A stretch of 64,000 nt of DNA from Vicugna vicugna (Eukaryota): the NCBI GenBank assembly GCA_013265495.1, contig MU061578.1, positions 1,311,308 to 1,375,307 on the forward strand. The letters are read 5' to 3'. The translations under genes were made by a program, and so were the position numbers. The notes under the pieces were generated by a model. That model saw nothing but the letters and a program-made list of their open reading frames with translations. It made no database searches and was not told where the DNA came from. This document shows, piece by piece, positions 37,697 through 51,029 of this stretch (positions are counted from its first letter, which is position 1; each line of letters opens with the position of its first letter).

Positions 37697-38135
37697 TGAA
37701 GAGTGTACTCTGAAAGATACCCATAAGTGTAATCTTATTTGGAAATAAGGTCCTTGCAGATATAATTAAGTGAAGGATCTTGGGATGAGGCCATTCTGGA
37801 ATTGGGGTGGGCCCTACATCCAGTGATGATGAGTGTCCTAAGAAGAGGAGAGAACACACATAGACACAGGCAGAAAGGCCATGTGAGGATGGAGACAGAG
37901 GTGGGAGTGACACAACCACAAGCCACGAGATGCCAAGGATCGCCCAGAGCCACCAGAACCTAAGAGTGAGGCGTGGAGTAAACAGACATTCCCTCACAGC
38001 CTCCAGAAGGAACCACCCATGCTGACACCTTGATTTTGGACCAGTAACCTCCAAGCCCATAATAAAATGCATTTCTATTGTTTCAAGCCACCTAGTTTGT
38101 GGCAATTTGTTACATCTGCCCTAGGAATCTACTAG
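37697..38135 (+). mobile_element. MLT1B/C-like MaLR LTR
   Basis: cttatttggaaataaggtccttgcagatataattaag...ttcaagccacctagtttgtggcaatttgttac. Confidence 0.88.
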
Positions 38136-38392
38136 AGGGGACTCTGATGTCTTGGGTGATTTATTATAAACTGCTAGGTTCTCACCCGCTGAAGATCAAC
38201 TCACGTGAGCCATTCATGCTTCAAGGAAACAAGAGAAACAGTAGAAAGGACTCTGGTTTCAGGTAGAAGAATGGAGATCTCATCACGGCCGTATCATTGG
38301 CCAAGTTGCTCAGCCTCTTGGACATCCTTCTCCTTACCTTTTCCAGGGATGTCGAGTATCCCTCCCAGTGGTAACACTCTATGGGTCTGCCA

Positions 38393-38904
38393 CTGGGATG
38401 GTCGATTCTGTGGGTCAGTGTGACTGGGCAAGGGGATGCCCGGGTAGCTGGTAGAACCTTATTTCTGGGTGTGTCTGTTAAGGGTGTTTCTGGAAGAGAC
38501 TAGCATTTGAATCTGTAGACTGAGTAGCCAAGATTACCCTCATTGACGTGGGTGGACCTCGCCCAAGCCTTTGAGGGCCTGAACAGAACAAAATGCGTAG
38601 AGGAGTGATGCATTTGCTCTCTTGCTTGAGCTGGGACGTCCACCGTCCCCTATTCTGGGACATCAGTACTTCTGGTTCTGGGACCTTAGGACTCAGAAAA
38701 GGACCAGGACTTACACATTGGTCCCCCTGGGTCTCAGGCTTCTGGACCTACACCATCGGCTTTCCTGGGCCTCCTGTGTGCAGACGGCAGATTGTGGGAC
38801 CTCTCAGCCTCCATAATTGTGTGAGCCAGGCCCTCATAATAAATCTTTTTCCATGTATCTCCATATATCCTGTTGGTTCTGTCTCACTGGAGAATCCTAA
38901 TACA
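38393..38904 (+). mobile_element. MLT2 (ERVL) solo LTR
   Basis: atttctgggtgtgtctgt...agactagcatttgaatc; ends cctgttggttctgtctcactggagaatcctaataca. Confidence 0.9.
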
Positions 38905-39019
38905 ATAATCAGTATGGATTTCCAAATCCCACTGTCAATGAAGTCAACAGGGTTTTCAGTCATTGCTTGGAAGACACTAGTGTTTCTTTTGAAACAAGCT
39001 CCATGGCAGAGGAATTACA

Positions 39020-39275
39020 GGAGCACATTGAAGATTGTGGGCTCTGGACTGCGGTTCCCAGGTCTACCACTTACGAGCTGTGTGATGCTGAGCAATTTAC
39101 TACAACTCTCTGTGCTTCAGTTTTTTTGTTAGTTTGTTTTTGGTTTTTATCCATAAAATGCAGCTGATAATAGCACCTGCCCCACAGGGCTATTTTGAGG
39201 AATGAACTTGGAGGAATTAATACATATAAACTCCATGATAAATAGGAAACACTCAACAAATATGAGCTGTTATTC
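39020..39275 (+). mobile_element. MIR SINE
   Basis: gggctctgga...ccacttacgagctgtgtga...ctctctgtgcttcagttt...ctcaacaaatatgagctgttatt. Confidence 0.85.
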
Positions 39276-41238
39276 AATGGAGAAATGGTGTTTAAAACAG
39301 GACTCCTTATAGCCAATTTGATTGTCTTCCTCCTTCTCCCCTTCGTCTCCCTCTCCTCCTTCTTTTTCACTATCTCTTACTTAAGGGAAGGGCTAAGCCT
39401 GCATTTGTTGCACTGAAAATTCTTGTTTACTGACTGAGAATGCCTGTAGTCAATGCCCATGCATATTTCCATGCCCATGATGAATCATTAAGCATCATAT
39501 AAACAGGAATTTGTTGCCTCATCCTATCTGCATTCGGAGGGCAGGGAGCAATTTCTTTCTCTGGTAGGACCACGGATCTCTCCCATCAGGTGGGATTCTC
39601 ACTGAGAGGGGAAGAGGGTTTTGGAAAATAAATAAGTAATTCATGTTCATGTCCCTGGTTACTCATTCTTTAAATGATGCCTCTGGACGTGGGGAGGGAA
39701 TTGCAACATGAAAGGTATGAATTGGGGTCCAGGCAGGTATTTATTTGATTAACAATTAATCTGATTGGATTGAAGATGGTTTTGCCTAGCATTTATGAAG
39801 TCGTCCGACAGCCAGAGTTTATAAACATTAGCAGGCTCTGGAACCACTGGGTAGTTTGATTAAAAAAAACTCAGATACACTGGCTCCAAGCCCAGATGAC
39901 CTGATTTCTGGAGCGGAGTCCTCAAGCATGTGAATATTCCTAGGTGGGTCTCCTGCAGGTGTCCCTGAGACCCTCCTTGGGAAACAAAGCCATAGTGGGA
40001 CACCCAGGATTCCTGTGCCCCTCTTAAGACTTCATCCAGCTTCCTTTCTCCCCCCGTATTTTTCTAGAATTCCTGATGAGGGATGAAACAAGTTCTCCCC
40101 AAGATACTCCTCTGTGAGAGGCAGCTGAGTGTCTGCTGCAGAAGGGGAGAGGAGGGCACTGAGGTTCGGGATTATTTCCATCTGGGATGCTAAGGCTCCC
40201 ACCGAAGCAATGGAGGGAGTCTATCCATCCAATAGCACACAGTCCCTACTTCAGGAAGAGCAAATTCAGTCTGGAATACCTCAGCCCTCGCTCGCATGCA
40301 GAAGACAGGGAGGGAGCCCGAGTCGGATCTCCCTCACTTTCATTTTCAGGACAGGGCTGCCCTTAGGAAAATGAACATTATTAGCCTTGATCTTCCTTTG
40401 GGGCAACATATTTCTGCCCACCTCGCTTCCTTCCTTTCAGATTTAAAGAAGGAGGAGATAGGAATGGATGTATTCCCCAAATGAAGCACGTCAAGGCTGA
40501 AAGCATTCTTCAATGTCTTGATACAATGTAGAGCTACTCACATTTAGAGAGTGTGTTCCATTCACTGTCTTCACCAGACTGGCTTGGTCGCCAGGGGCGA
40601 TATTCTCTGCTGAGTGTGCTTGGTATGAATGAATACCCCAGTGACACCATAACAACGTTAACGGCAGCCAGGACAGACTCTCTGCAGCAAGAATAGGGAC
40701 CAAGGCTGCAACTGGGATTTTCTGTGTTAAATACAAATCAGGAGCAGAGGTTCAGTCCGTCCTTAACTTGGGAACTTGAAAACAAAGCAAAGAAATCACT
40801 GGCAAAAAAAGAAAGTTGGAAAGAGAGTAAGAATGCTAGTTTTGGGAGCTGCTGATGGGTAAAAATGTGAGATGGGGTGGAAAAGAATTCACTGAATAGG
40901 ATTTATCTTGTGTCATGGAGAGGTGATGTCTAGAACTAGTAACAGGCCAATTTGGAATCTTGGAGTTGTCTTACAGACTCGTGGCAGTCTTGAGAAAAAA
41001 AATTCAGTGGAAATTAACTTGTTAATCATGTGATGAGCAAGGAAAGGGGTGGTATTTACATTCTTTTTATGTGCTGTGCTTACTAATGATCAACCAGTAA
41101 CAAAGGCTGTATTGAAGAAAGCATTCATAAAAGTGAGTGAAATCTGACTTTGAACCCTGGGTCTACACTTCACACTGACTTCGGGGACCAAAACTTCCAT
41201 TTCTTGATCTGTAAAATGGAGACAATATATACTCTACA

Positions 41239-41559
41239 GCAGGGCTGTCCACTGGAAACATACTGTGAGCCACGTATACAATTTTACATTTCTAGTAGCC
41301 ACTTCAGGGAAAAGTAAATAAGGAGTAGGTGAAATTAATTTCAACGATGCATTTCATTTAAGAAAATATTATTATTTCAACATTTAATTAATAGGAAAAT
41401 TGTCAACAGATGGTTTTCATTCTTTTTTTTTTTTTCATGTGAGGTTCTTGAAATCTTCGGTGTAGTTCACACTTACAGCACATCTCAGTTTGGAACAGGT
41501 ACGTTTCAATGTACTCAACAGCCACTTGTGGCTGGTGGCTTCCATATGGGACAGTGTAG
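41239..41559. mobile_element. MER33-like hAT-Charlie DNA transposon inserted in a MIR
   Basis: gctgtcca...tttctagtagccac...ggtgaaattaattt...cacttacagcacatctcagtttgga...gggacagtgtag; MIR sequence on both sides (~41140-41235 and ~41560-41670). Confidence 0.85.
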
Positions 41560-42359
41560 ATTTACTGCATTACTATGCATATTAAAAGATATTGGGCATG
41601 TAAAATATGTCTATCAATATTGTACATATGGGATAAATAGTTGCCATTATTTTTATCATTATCATTATTATTATTATCATTATTATTATTAATTACTCAT
41701 GTGTGCAGTGAAAATGAAGAGAGCTATAAAGCTTTCTACAAAGGGAGATATCAATATGGGTTTGATGAAATATTTAGTGATCCAAGCCAGAATGAACGGC
41801 ACAAGGGCAATGTATCAAGTTTCTCTGAAACTATGTATGTTCGACTTTTAACTTCAATACACTGTGTTAGTGTCTATACCTTTATTTATAACACTACACT
41901 GTACCATTGTAAACATGTAATGCACCACATAAGTATGAAAAGTATCAGTGGGAACATAGTTTATTCCTTTCATTTTTTCCAACCCACTTGTGACAGTCAA
42001 AAGGAGGGCAAAATCATGGCTGAGGTACAAACCTAATAAACTCAGACTTTCAAGGATGGGTAAGATTTAAGTGGGCAGAAAGGGAAATATGGTGTAAGCA
42101 AGGGTTTGCAAGTAGGAATAGGCATTATTGTGGCCAGTGAGAGTATGACCAGGAAAAGTTATGATGACAAAAGTTGTAATGACAGGAAAGCCAGACTGGT
42201 GTATACGGTTACAAAGTGGAGACCTTAAAAGCATGTAGGTAATACTCATTGGTGATATTTCTCAAATTGCATATGTGCCATCAATGGTCCTAGAGATGGT
42301 GGTAGGATAGCAATTTAAAAAAAAATGAGCAAAAGTGTTGTTTATTTAATCAAAAGTAT

Positions 42360-42940
42360 ATTAGACCCAATGACCTAACAATTCTACTCAGCATATATCC
42401 AAGAGAAGTGAAAACGTACATCCACAGAGAAACTTGCATGTGAACATTCATAGCAGCATTGTTCTTAATAGTCAAAAAGTGAAAACAACTCAAATGTCCA
42501 TCAGTAGATTAAAAGATAAACCAATTGTGGCACATCCACACAATGGAATGTTATTCTGCCATGAAAAAGGAATAAAGTATGGGTGCTTGCTACAAAGTGG
42601 ATGAACCTCAAAAAACATGGTGCTCAGCAAAATGCTAGATACAAATGCTAGAATCATATGATTCTTTTTATGCAAAATGTGCCAAACTGGCAAATTCATA
42701 GAGACAGAACGCAGATTAGAGGTTACCCAGTGGATGGGGGAAGGGGAAGATGAGAAGAGATGATGTAATGGGTACAGGGTGTTCTTTTTGGGATGATTAA
42801 GCTGCTCTGAAACTAGAGAGAGGTGGAGGTGGCACAACATTGTGGATGCACTAAATGCCACTGAAATGTGCACTTTACAAAGGTCAATTGCATGTTATGT
42901 GAATTTAACTTCAATAGAAGAAAAGTGTATTTAAAAAACA
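42360..42940 (+). mobile_element. Old LINE-1 (L1MB-type) 3' end
   Basis: atatccaagagaagtgaaaac...cattcatagcagcatt...caaatgtccatca...gcacaacattgtggatgcactaaatgccactgaa. Confidence 0.9.
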
Positions 42941-43525
42941 GGTTATTGTTTGGATTGAGGCTACAGCTGGTGGTCACTTTGTAATAAGTCAGTTGAAGGA
43001 AAAATATCAAAGAAATGATAATGTAGCAGGTGGATCTGGCAAAAAGTAGAAAGGTGACACTTGACTGACTGACTTCTAGGAAACTAAAATTCACTTCCTT
43101 CTCTCTGTGGAGAGTGAGCTGCATCCCCTGCAGAGGAATGGGCAGGACCACCCTAGTCTATGACACAGTGAGTGGAAGCAGATGAAGGCCCTTCTTTGAT
43201 GGAATTCCAGTGAGTGCAGAGGACCAGGGGCCTCATCCAGCTGGTAGCAGGACAAGGGAGATGGTCTCAGGGCCCCTGCTGAAAGCTACAGCTAAATGCC
43301 AGCACCTTGACCCTAAGTGGAGCGAGTATAGCTCTGTCATAATCAGCTGGATGACCTGGAAGTGATGACAACTCTGCAGTCCTTCCTCTGTGGATGTGCA
43401 AGGCTGACTTTCACCTCCCTGGGCCAGCTTTCTCCTTGGCAATGCCACCATCACAATGATCACTTGCATATATTGTCTCATTCATCCCTCTGACCATCGC
43501 GTGAGGGGACAGCTATCTTCTTCCC

Positions 43526-44240
43526 TAGGATATTGTGATTTACAATAAGAAATGTATATTTGGTCTTTGTCCCCATTTCTGGCACAGAACTCCTAAAGCT
43601 CTTGGAATTTCCCAAGTGATAAGAGGAGAGGGTGTCCTGTTATGTTAAGGGGGTGATTTTTGCCCTCTCAGAGAGGAGAGAAAGGCTGGATACTCCCCAC
43701 TGGCCAATGATATAATCAGGCATGCCTATGCCTTGAAGCCTCCATAAAACCCTAGAAGGATGAGGTTTGGGGAACTTCTGCATGGAGATTTGGGGAGAGT
43801 GATGCACCCAGAGAGAGCACGGAAGGTTCCCCGCATCTTAACCCCATGCATCTCTTCTAACTGACTGTCCCTGAGTTATATCCTTCTATAATAAACCGGT
43901 AATCTAGCACATAAAATGTTTCTGGGTTCTGTGAGCTGCTCTAGCAAATTAGCGAGCCCAAGGATGTTGGCACCTCCAATCTACAGCCAGTTGGTCAGAA
44001 GCCCAGGTGACAAGCTGGACTTGAGACTGGTGTCTAAAGTGTGTGTGTGCGCGCGCGCACGTGTGTATGTGTGCATGTGTGTGTGTATGTGTGCGTGTGC
44101 TGGAGGACAGTCTTGTGGGAGGAGCCCTTAAACTATGGGATCTGACGTTACGTCCAGGTAGAAAGCATCACAGTTGAATTGCACTGTTGGACACCCAGCT
44201 GGGTTGGAGACACTCCTCCCGCCCTATATTGGAATCAGAT
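43526..44240 (+). mobile_element. MER21-family LTR, copy 2
   Basis: gatattgtgatttacaataagaaatgtatatttggtc start; shares motifs with 9163-9910. Confidence 0.85.
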
Positions 44241-46411
44241 ACAGAACCTTCATCCCTTTTGGCTGGGCTGAAAACTGCGGTCCTGGGAGATTCCACGACT
44301 GACCACAGGCAGCCCAGGAAGCAAGCAGAGGCAGGACTCACACCTGGGTCTCCCTGTCCATAACCACTGCAATACGCCAAAAAAGCCACGTGCCCTCTGC
44401 AGTGACTTTTACACCTTCCTCTTGCTCTTTTTTTTGTCTTCTGGGTTCTGAATCATAAAAGGCAGATCATTTACCAGTCAGCACGGGTATTTGCTTTGGG
44501 ACACCGTGGGCTAGAGAACCACTAAGGTCCCCCTTTGCCCTGAAATCATCATCATCATCATCATTATTATTATTATTAATTTTCTTTTGCACTGCAATAC
44601 ACAGTGAACATTCCACTGAGGAATAAATATGCTAAACTCAGTGAGATAGTTTAGAAGGAAATTACGATCCGGTTTGAAATCAGAAAGGCACTCTTTGGGT
44701 TCATATTTCCTTCACAGCAGCATACAGACATATCATCCCAAATATTTTAGTACTAGATAGATTAGACATAAAACAAAAGATGGGTGTCTAGCCCAGGCCA
44801 CAACACTGCTTTTGCTTAATGTTTCTGGCCACGTCAAGTAGAACATTCTCATGAGGTGCAATGTGTACGGTAGCTGAGGGGTATAAATCACCCATAATGA
44901 TCATATCCTTCACCCCGAGAGGCCTTTAGCATTTCCTTTATAAAAGTTACACAGTTAAGACCTGCACCTGGCTAATAGATCAGCCCTCCCTGAAAATACA
45001 ATTATGCCACATGCAGGGCAGGGAAGTAGTTTTGCATGCCTGCTGTCGCTGTGTGTTTCACACACAATGGCTTCCCACAATGGACTTAACTGCTGGTTGC
45101 CCAGAAGCTCTGTAGCGAGGATGGCGGAGAGGACGGGACAGGGAGCCGGGCCCCGAAGGGCCTCTCAGAGAAAGGCCCACTGGCCATGGGGCACCCCCGA
45201 GGGGTCTCTGAATTGCAGTCATGCTAGGAATCCCAGGGCCCCAAGGTTTGAGCATCTCTGGGGAAGATCTGGAGATGTTGCTGACTCAGAAGCTCTCCTT
45301 CAAAGGGTGGGCTGGGTACCAGGCACTGCCAGGGGCTGGGCATGCAGAGGATAAGGACACGATTGGTTGGAGACAAGACTGGGGAGCTTGATGTCTCTGT
45401 GTCTCTGTGTTCAGGGTCTGGTGAGGTACCAAGAGAAAAGGCATCATTAAACAACACAATGGGTTTACCATGACAGACAGCGGGGATGGGGCATGGACAG
45501 AGAGGCCACTGGCCTGCTAGAAATACAAATTATTGAGCTTTGCCCCAGAGCTGGTGAATCAGAAAATCCAGGGATTCCTCTCTTTGCCCTCTAAAAGACG
45601 CTCTGTGCCCAAGTCCTGAAGTTATTCTGCAAGTCTGGTGAAGATGCATGAACCACCCAGCCACCCATGTAGGTTGCCATCTCATCAGACTCCACCTTTC
45701 TCGCTTTCTGTTCGAGCCTGCTTTTCCCCCTACCTGGAGTCCCACCAGCACCCCGCCAGCACGCCCAGTCTTTCTGCACACCCCCGAGGTTTCAAGCCGC
45801 CCAGGGAACAATCTCTGTGCTCGGCATTCTCTTTTTGGAGATTTGCTACCTCCGGAGGCAAGATTACTGAACAGACGGTAAACAAACAAACAAAAAACAT
45901 CCTTGCTTTGAAGAGAGACCCGCCTGTGGAGCGCTAGGAGAAATCAGAAATGCCTCATGAAGTTTGCGAAGCAAACAAACAGCAAATCCTGTCCAAACAT
46001 AATTAGCTAGGGTGCCAAGATAAAGGCGAAGGCAGACGGTTGCACGCATGGGGTGGTCAGGGAGGACCACAGAAACGACACAACTTGCTTCAGACAAGCA
46101 GAAGGCTGTTGGCTGCAGGCAATGAGGGAAGGGCTAGACTTGGGGAAGAATAACACAGATAAGAGTAAAACCCAACAACAGTCATTCTAACAACATCTGG
46201 CTGCCAAGCACATGCCTGGCCAGGCCCAGGGCTCTCCTGATCCCCCGTCATCACCGCGTAGATTTCTCACTCCTATTTTGCAGAGGCAAGAATGGTCTCA
46301 GAGAAGTCATGTGTCCCATGCAAGGCACACAGCTTCTAGGTGGCAGATCCTGACTATAAACCTGTATTGGCTGGCTCCAAACTCATCACCCAGGCTGAAA
46401 ATCTTGAGAGA

Positions 46412-46931
46412 GTGTGGTAGGGAGAATCATGGCTGCCCCAAAGACGTCCACATCCTAATCCTTGGAACCTGTGAATATGTTGTGTTACGATGCAAAAGAG
46501 ACTTTGCAGATGAGATTTAGTTATGGATCTGGAGGTGGAAGATTATCCTGGATTATTTGGGTGGGCCCAATATAATCACACACAACCTTGCAAGAGGGCA
46601 GTAGGAGGCCTGGAGAAGGAGATGCGATGACCAAGGCAGGGATCAGAGTCAAAGATTTGAAGCTGGGGGCTTCAAAGAAGGAGGAAGGGGCCAGGAGCCA
46701 AGTCACGTGGGTGTCTACAGGCCAAGGAATGCCACAGAGGGAAAGCAAACCAGCACCCGCCGGGAGAGAGGCAGGGAGCAGAATCACCCCCGGAGGCTTC
46801 AAGGGGAACCGACCATGCCGACACCCTGATCTGGGACTTCCATCCTCCAGAACTGTGGGACAGTAAATGTCTCCTGTTGAAGCCACCCAGTTAGTGGCTC
46901 TTTTGTTATGGTGGCTCCAGCGAACGAGACA
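46412..46931 (+). mobile_element. MLT1D-like MaLR LTR
   Basis: tgtggtagggagaatcatggc...cccaaagacgtccacatcctaatccttggaacctgtgaatatgtt...gattatcctggattat. Confidence 0.88.
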
Positions 46932-47027
46932 GGCACATGGCAGTTCTCCTGAGATCAGCTTGATGCGGTATTTCTCACCGTGAAGTCCACTGGGCACTGG
47001 GAGCCGTTTGGGAGATAAACTGGTAGA

Positions 47028-47237
47028 CAGTGCTCAACCTTGGCACTAGGCACACTGTTGTAGAGGAACTCCCTGCGCCCTGCAGGATGCTAGACAGCAT
47101 CACTGACTTCTCTCTGCCAGATGCCAATAGCACCCCATTCGCCTCCCGAATCGCAACAACCAAAAACATCCTCAGATATCATTACCAAAGGCACATGGGT
47201 ACAAAATCACTCCCTCCTTCCCTGCTGAGATTCACTG
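47028..47237. mobile_element. MER20 DNA transposon
   Basis: cagtgctcaacct...gcaggatg...ccagatgccaatagcacccc...caaccaaaaac...gagattcactg. Confidence 0.85.
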
Positions 47238-49209
47238 GAATAGAGAGAGGTGAGATGGAGATACTACACAAATTTTTTTTTTTTAAGTTTTGTTTTGCAA
47301 ATACTCAGGGAGCAGTAACTCTGAGCCGGGCTAGGTGCAAGCACCAAGAGTTCAAAGATGAAGGAAGGGCAGTCCCTGGCCTTGAGGAGCTAAAAGTCTA
47401 GCCAGATGGCTTTCAAAGCAGTGCAAACAGTATTGACAAAAACCATAAAGAAAAGTTTCTGGAGATCAGAGTGTCGTTATGTAAGCTGACTTGATTTTCT
47501 TTTTCATGCACACACTGTTATTTTCAAGTATTTCAAAACAAAGCCACATTTCCATAAGCCAGAGGCAATTTTTCCATGCTTTTCTTCCAGCATTGTTTAT
47601 CCTATATTTTTTTTTTATGAGATTCAGGATGATTAGTGAGTTTTCAGCACTTACTCGGTTGTACCTGGGACATGAGTGAAGACAATTTTATTGCTCCAGT
47701 GAACAGATATAAATGTTTAATCCTTCTGTTCCACATGACACTGAATATTTTGGGGGTGCTAATAAATGGCTTTTAGGGGTTACCAGTAGGATGAGTACCT
47801 TCTGTGGATTTCCTGTGACATTTTCTTCAATGGGCTATTCAGCACATCAATGCAGCTTGCAGTCTTAATTAGGGCATTTAAAAAAAAAAGTATAAAGTGT
47901 TCCAAGATGAAGTAGCAGGTGGGGTCCTGCTCACAATTCCTGACTCTACTGGGGGGTTTGGATGAGAAACGGAAGGCATAGGATTTCTCCGGAATGCAGC
48001 CAAGGCACCCTGCAGCCTGGCTCCCGACAAAGCTCATCTCGGAAGCATCAGTGCCATTTTAGAGGAAGTCTGTGGCCAACAACCTCACTTCTAGGGAAAA
48101 GCAGAGGCCTGGAGAATAAACAGATAGCCCCAGCTATTAATAACACGATATGGAAACAGCACGTGTCTTAGGTGGAACTGTCTTGGTGTATCTGTCCAAG
48201 GTACCATTTCTAGCCACGGCATGTGCATTTGCCTCAGGGGTTTGCGAAATTTTTTCTAAGATAATGGTTAACCTGCTGTCTGATTCACCCCCTGCCCTCT
48301 GCCCTTGATGGTTGTGGGGGAAAAGGGGGTTGTTATTAAAGGAGGAAGAATTCAGCATGCTAGCTATAGGATGTAAAAGGGTAACCAGCTTTTCTTTCCT
48401 TTCCTTTTCCTTTTTTTTTTTTTTTTGAGTTACATGTGCATCAGTTATTCAGGAAGCACTGGCTAAGAAACAGGTGCTATTTAGCAAAACAGGGATGAAG
48501 AAGTAGGATGTGAACAGCCTGCCCAAATGCAAAAATGCTAATACCGCAAAATATCCTGATGGATTTTTTTTTTTTTAACTACACTGACTCCCAGGGAAGA
48601 AAGTTACACCCAGTTTATTAAGTAATTCAATTCTGTATAACTTGAAGCAAACCTCTAACTCTTTTACCATGCTAACAAGCACAGTGCCTCTGACAGACTG
48701 GCTGTCAGGGAAGTTTCATCCCCACTGTTTTTGTTTATCCAGCAAATTGTAGTTTTGTTGTCTGAGGGAATTGGGAACGGGGGAATTTGTAGAAAAGGGT
48801 AATAGAGAGAAACTTCACTGAACACAGAACAAAACAATTCTTCTCTAACAAAATTAACTGCTCTGACTTCATCTCCTTTTCAAGCTGCCTGCAGGACTAA
48901 GGGCCTGCAGTGGGAGAGCTGGCCTTCCCAGCAGGTGCAGAGCAGAGGGTGTCTGGGAACAGAAGCACCTGGGAAAACCAGAGGGAGCCCAAGAGGATGT
49001 TTCCCCAAACTCTAATCAGACCCAGGATGGATGGGTTTCACAAGCTTACCCCTTGAGCCTCGCTGAGAACAGGGTTCAAATAGCAGAAGTCCTGGAAATA
49101 GTAGCTAAGACATGCACGTGGACGCATAACGCATGCAGTGTAGCTGGATGGTGCTTAAACACACGCACACACACAGCTTTCATTTCGACTTTAAAAAAAA
49201 TCTAAGAAA

Positions 49210-49815
49210 TTAATGGATAAATGGTCTATTTACTCAGTGGAATATCATTTAGCCTTAAATAAAAAGAAGGGAACACTGCTCTTTTTGACAACAAAGATGA
49301 GCCTGGAGGACGTTATGCTCAATGAAATAAGCAAGTCATAGAAAGACAGATGTTACTATGAGTCTACTTATGTGTAGAACCCGAAACAGTCAAACTCATG
49401 GAAGAAGAGAGCAGCATGGTGGTGGCGGGGGAGTGGTAGGGTCAGGGGAAATGAGGAATTGCTGTATAATGGGTGTCAAGTTTCAGTTATGGAAAACGAG
49501 TAAGTTCTAGAGCACCGCTGTACAACATGGCGCCCGTAGTTAGCGATGCAGCATTGCACACTTACAGTTCTGCTAAGATTTCTTGTTAGCTCTCACCATG
49601 GTGGAGTCTCATATGATTGACCTCAGGTTAAGTGGTCTTACAAAAAGAAAAGCAAAAAACAGAGAGGCACAAGAAAACTTTCAGAGGTGCTGGTTCTGTC
49701 TATGCCAGCGATCATGGTGATGGTGTCACGGGTGACCACACACATCCAAAGGCACGCATTAACTATGCACATTTGGAGGGGTATCAATTATACCTCAGTC
49801 AAGCTGGTAAAAATT
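49210..49815 (+). mobile_element. Old LINE-1 (L1MB-type) 3' end
   Basis: atggataaatgg...ggaatatcatttagccttaaa...cctggaggacgttatgct...gtatcaattatacctcagtcaagctgg. Confidence 0.88.
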
Positions 49816-51029
49816 CTCTGAGGACGATCTGCGCTGCGAGGTGGGGAGAAAGAAAACACAGGCTGTGTTTTGCGAGAGCTTAGTGGCTTCCTGGAATGTG
49901 GCCCTTCTTCGGGTTTGCAGGGATGGACCACCAAGTGGCCCCAGCCTCCTTGAATAGCCCACGTGTGGCTTGATCTGGAGGTTGTGTATTTCCAGCTTCT
50001 CCTACGCTCTCCAAAGACTAAGCTCCCCTAGTCTACAGTCCATTTTCAAAAATTAAGACAACAAGAACCACACAGGGCAGAGCAGTTAACATCCTGTGCT
50101 AAAAGCGCCACCTACCACGTTGCAGCGCTCTGGGTTTCCAGTCTGACATCTGATTTTATGTAGACAGATATATGCTGACATCGAATATGCAACTTTATAT
50201 TTCCATGTGTCAGGTAAAGTACAACCTTAAGCATATTCTGAATAATTCATTCAGGCAACGGTCTGATAAACAGATGTCTGTAACGCGATAGTTCTGAAGG
50301 TGCCATTTTTCTGACATGAAAAAAAAATCCCTGCTTAAAAGCCAGATGGCAAATAAACCCCAGTTCATCACTTAGGCTCACACGGGGAACTCCAGCACAT
50401 TTTTCATCAATTCCCACTCTATATTTAACACAGTAAATATAACAGTGAAGTGTTACATCTCTTCCCTCTCAATCCATCTCAACCACGAGCGTTCATCTCT
50501 GCTTGGGTCTGAGGCAGTGTTTACTCCAAATAAGCAAATGAACTTCATTGTAACAAATTATCTCTTTGCAGAAACAACAGAAAATTCTGTATGCTCAACT
50601 GTTTTCATTTATTGAAGATTGCCAGAAACAGATTTTTGCAAAAAAAAAACCTATTTTTTCCCCCTTAGCCTCTCCCAGTATAACTGAGGAGTTGAATATT
50701 CTGTTATATAACCCAGAGTCTTATCTGGATTTGCTTCAGTGAGTAAGAACTTGCTGTCATTCTGAGTCAGGAATTATGCTTTCAGGGTCAGCCCCAGGCC
50801 AGCTACCGTTTGACTGCTTGGGATCTGGTTTCAGTCTTCTCTGACTGCAGGACAGCTGTCCACCTTGATGTTGCCCCACCAGGTGGGGCATTTCCAGGAT
50901 GAAACTTCTCTTGACTTGCCATATTGCTCACATGCCCCCAGGGAGAAGGATGGACTTAGTCCTAAGAGGTCAAGAAGTGATTCTAGTCTTAGTGAATTGG
51001 TCTGATCTTTCCTCCCTCCCTTCCCTCTT

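Noticed and set aside
38593..39132. 179-aa ORF (and similar ones at 16384-16947, 37635-38105, 46521-46997)
   Set aside because: They lie over MLT1/MLT2 LTRs, MIR or L2 sequence and are chance open frames.
9163..44240. Provirus bounded by the two MER21 LTRs
   Set aside because: They are 34 kb apart and clearly diverged, with no internal retroviral sequence.
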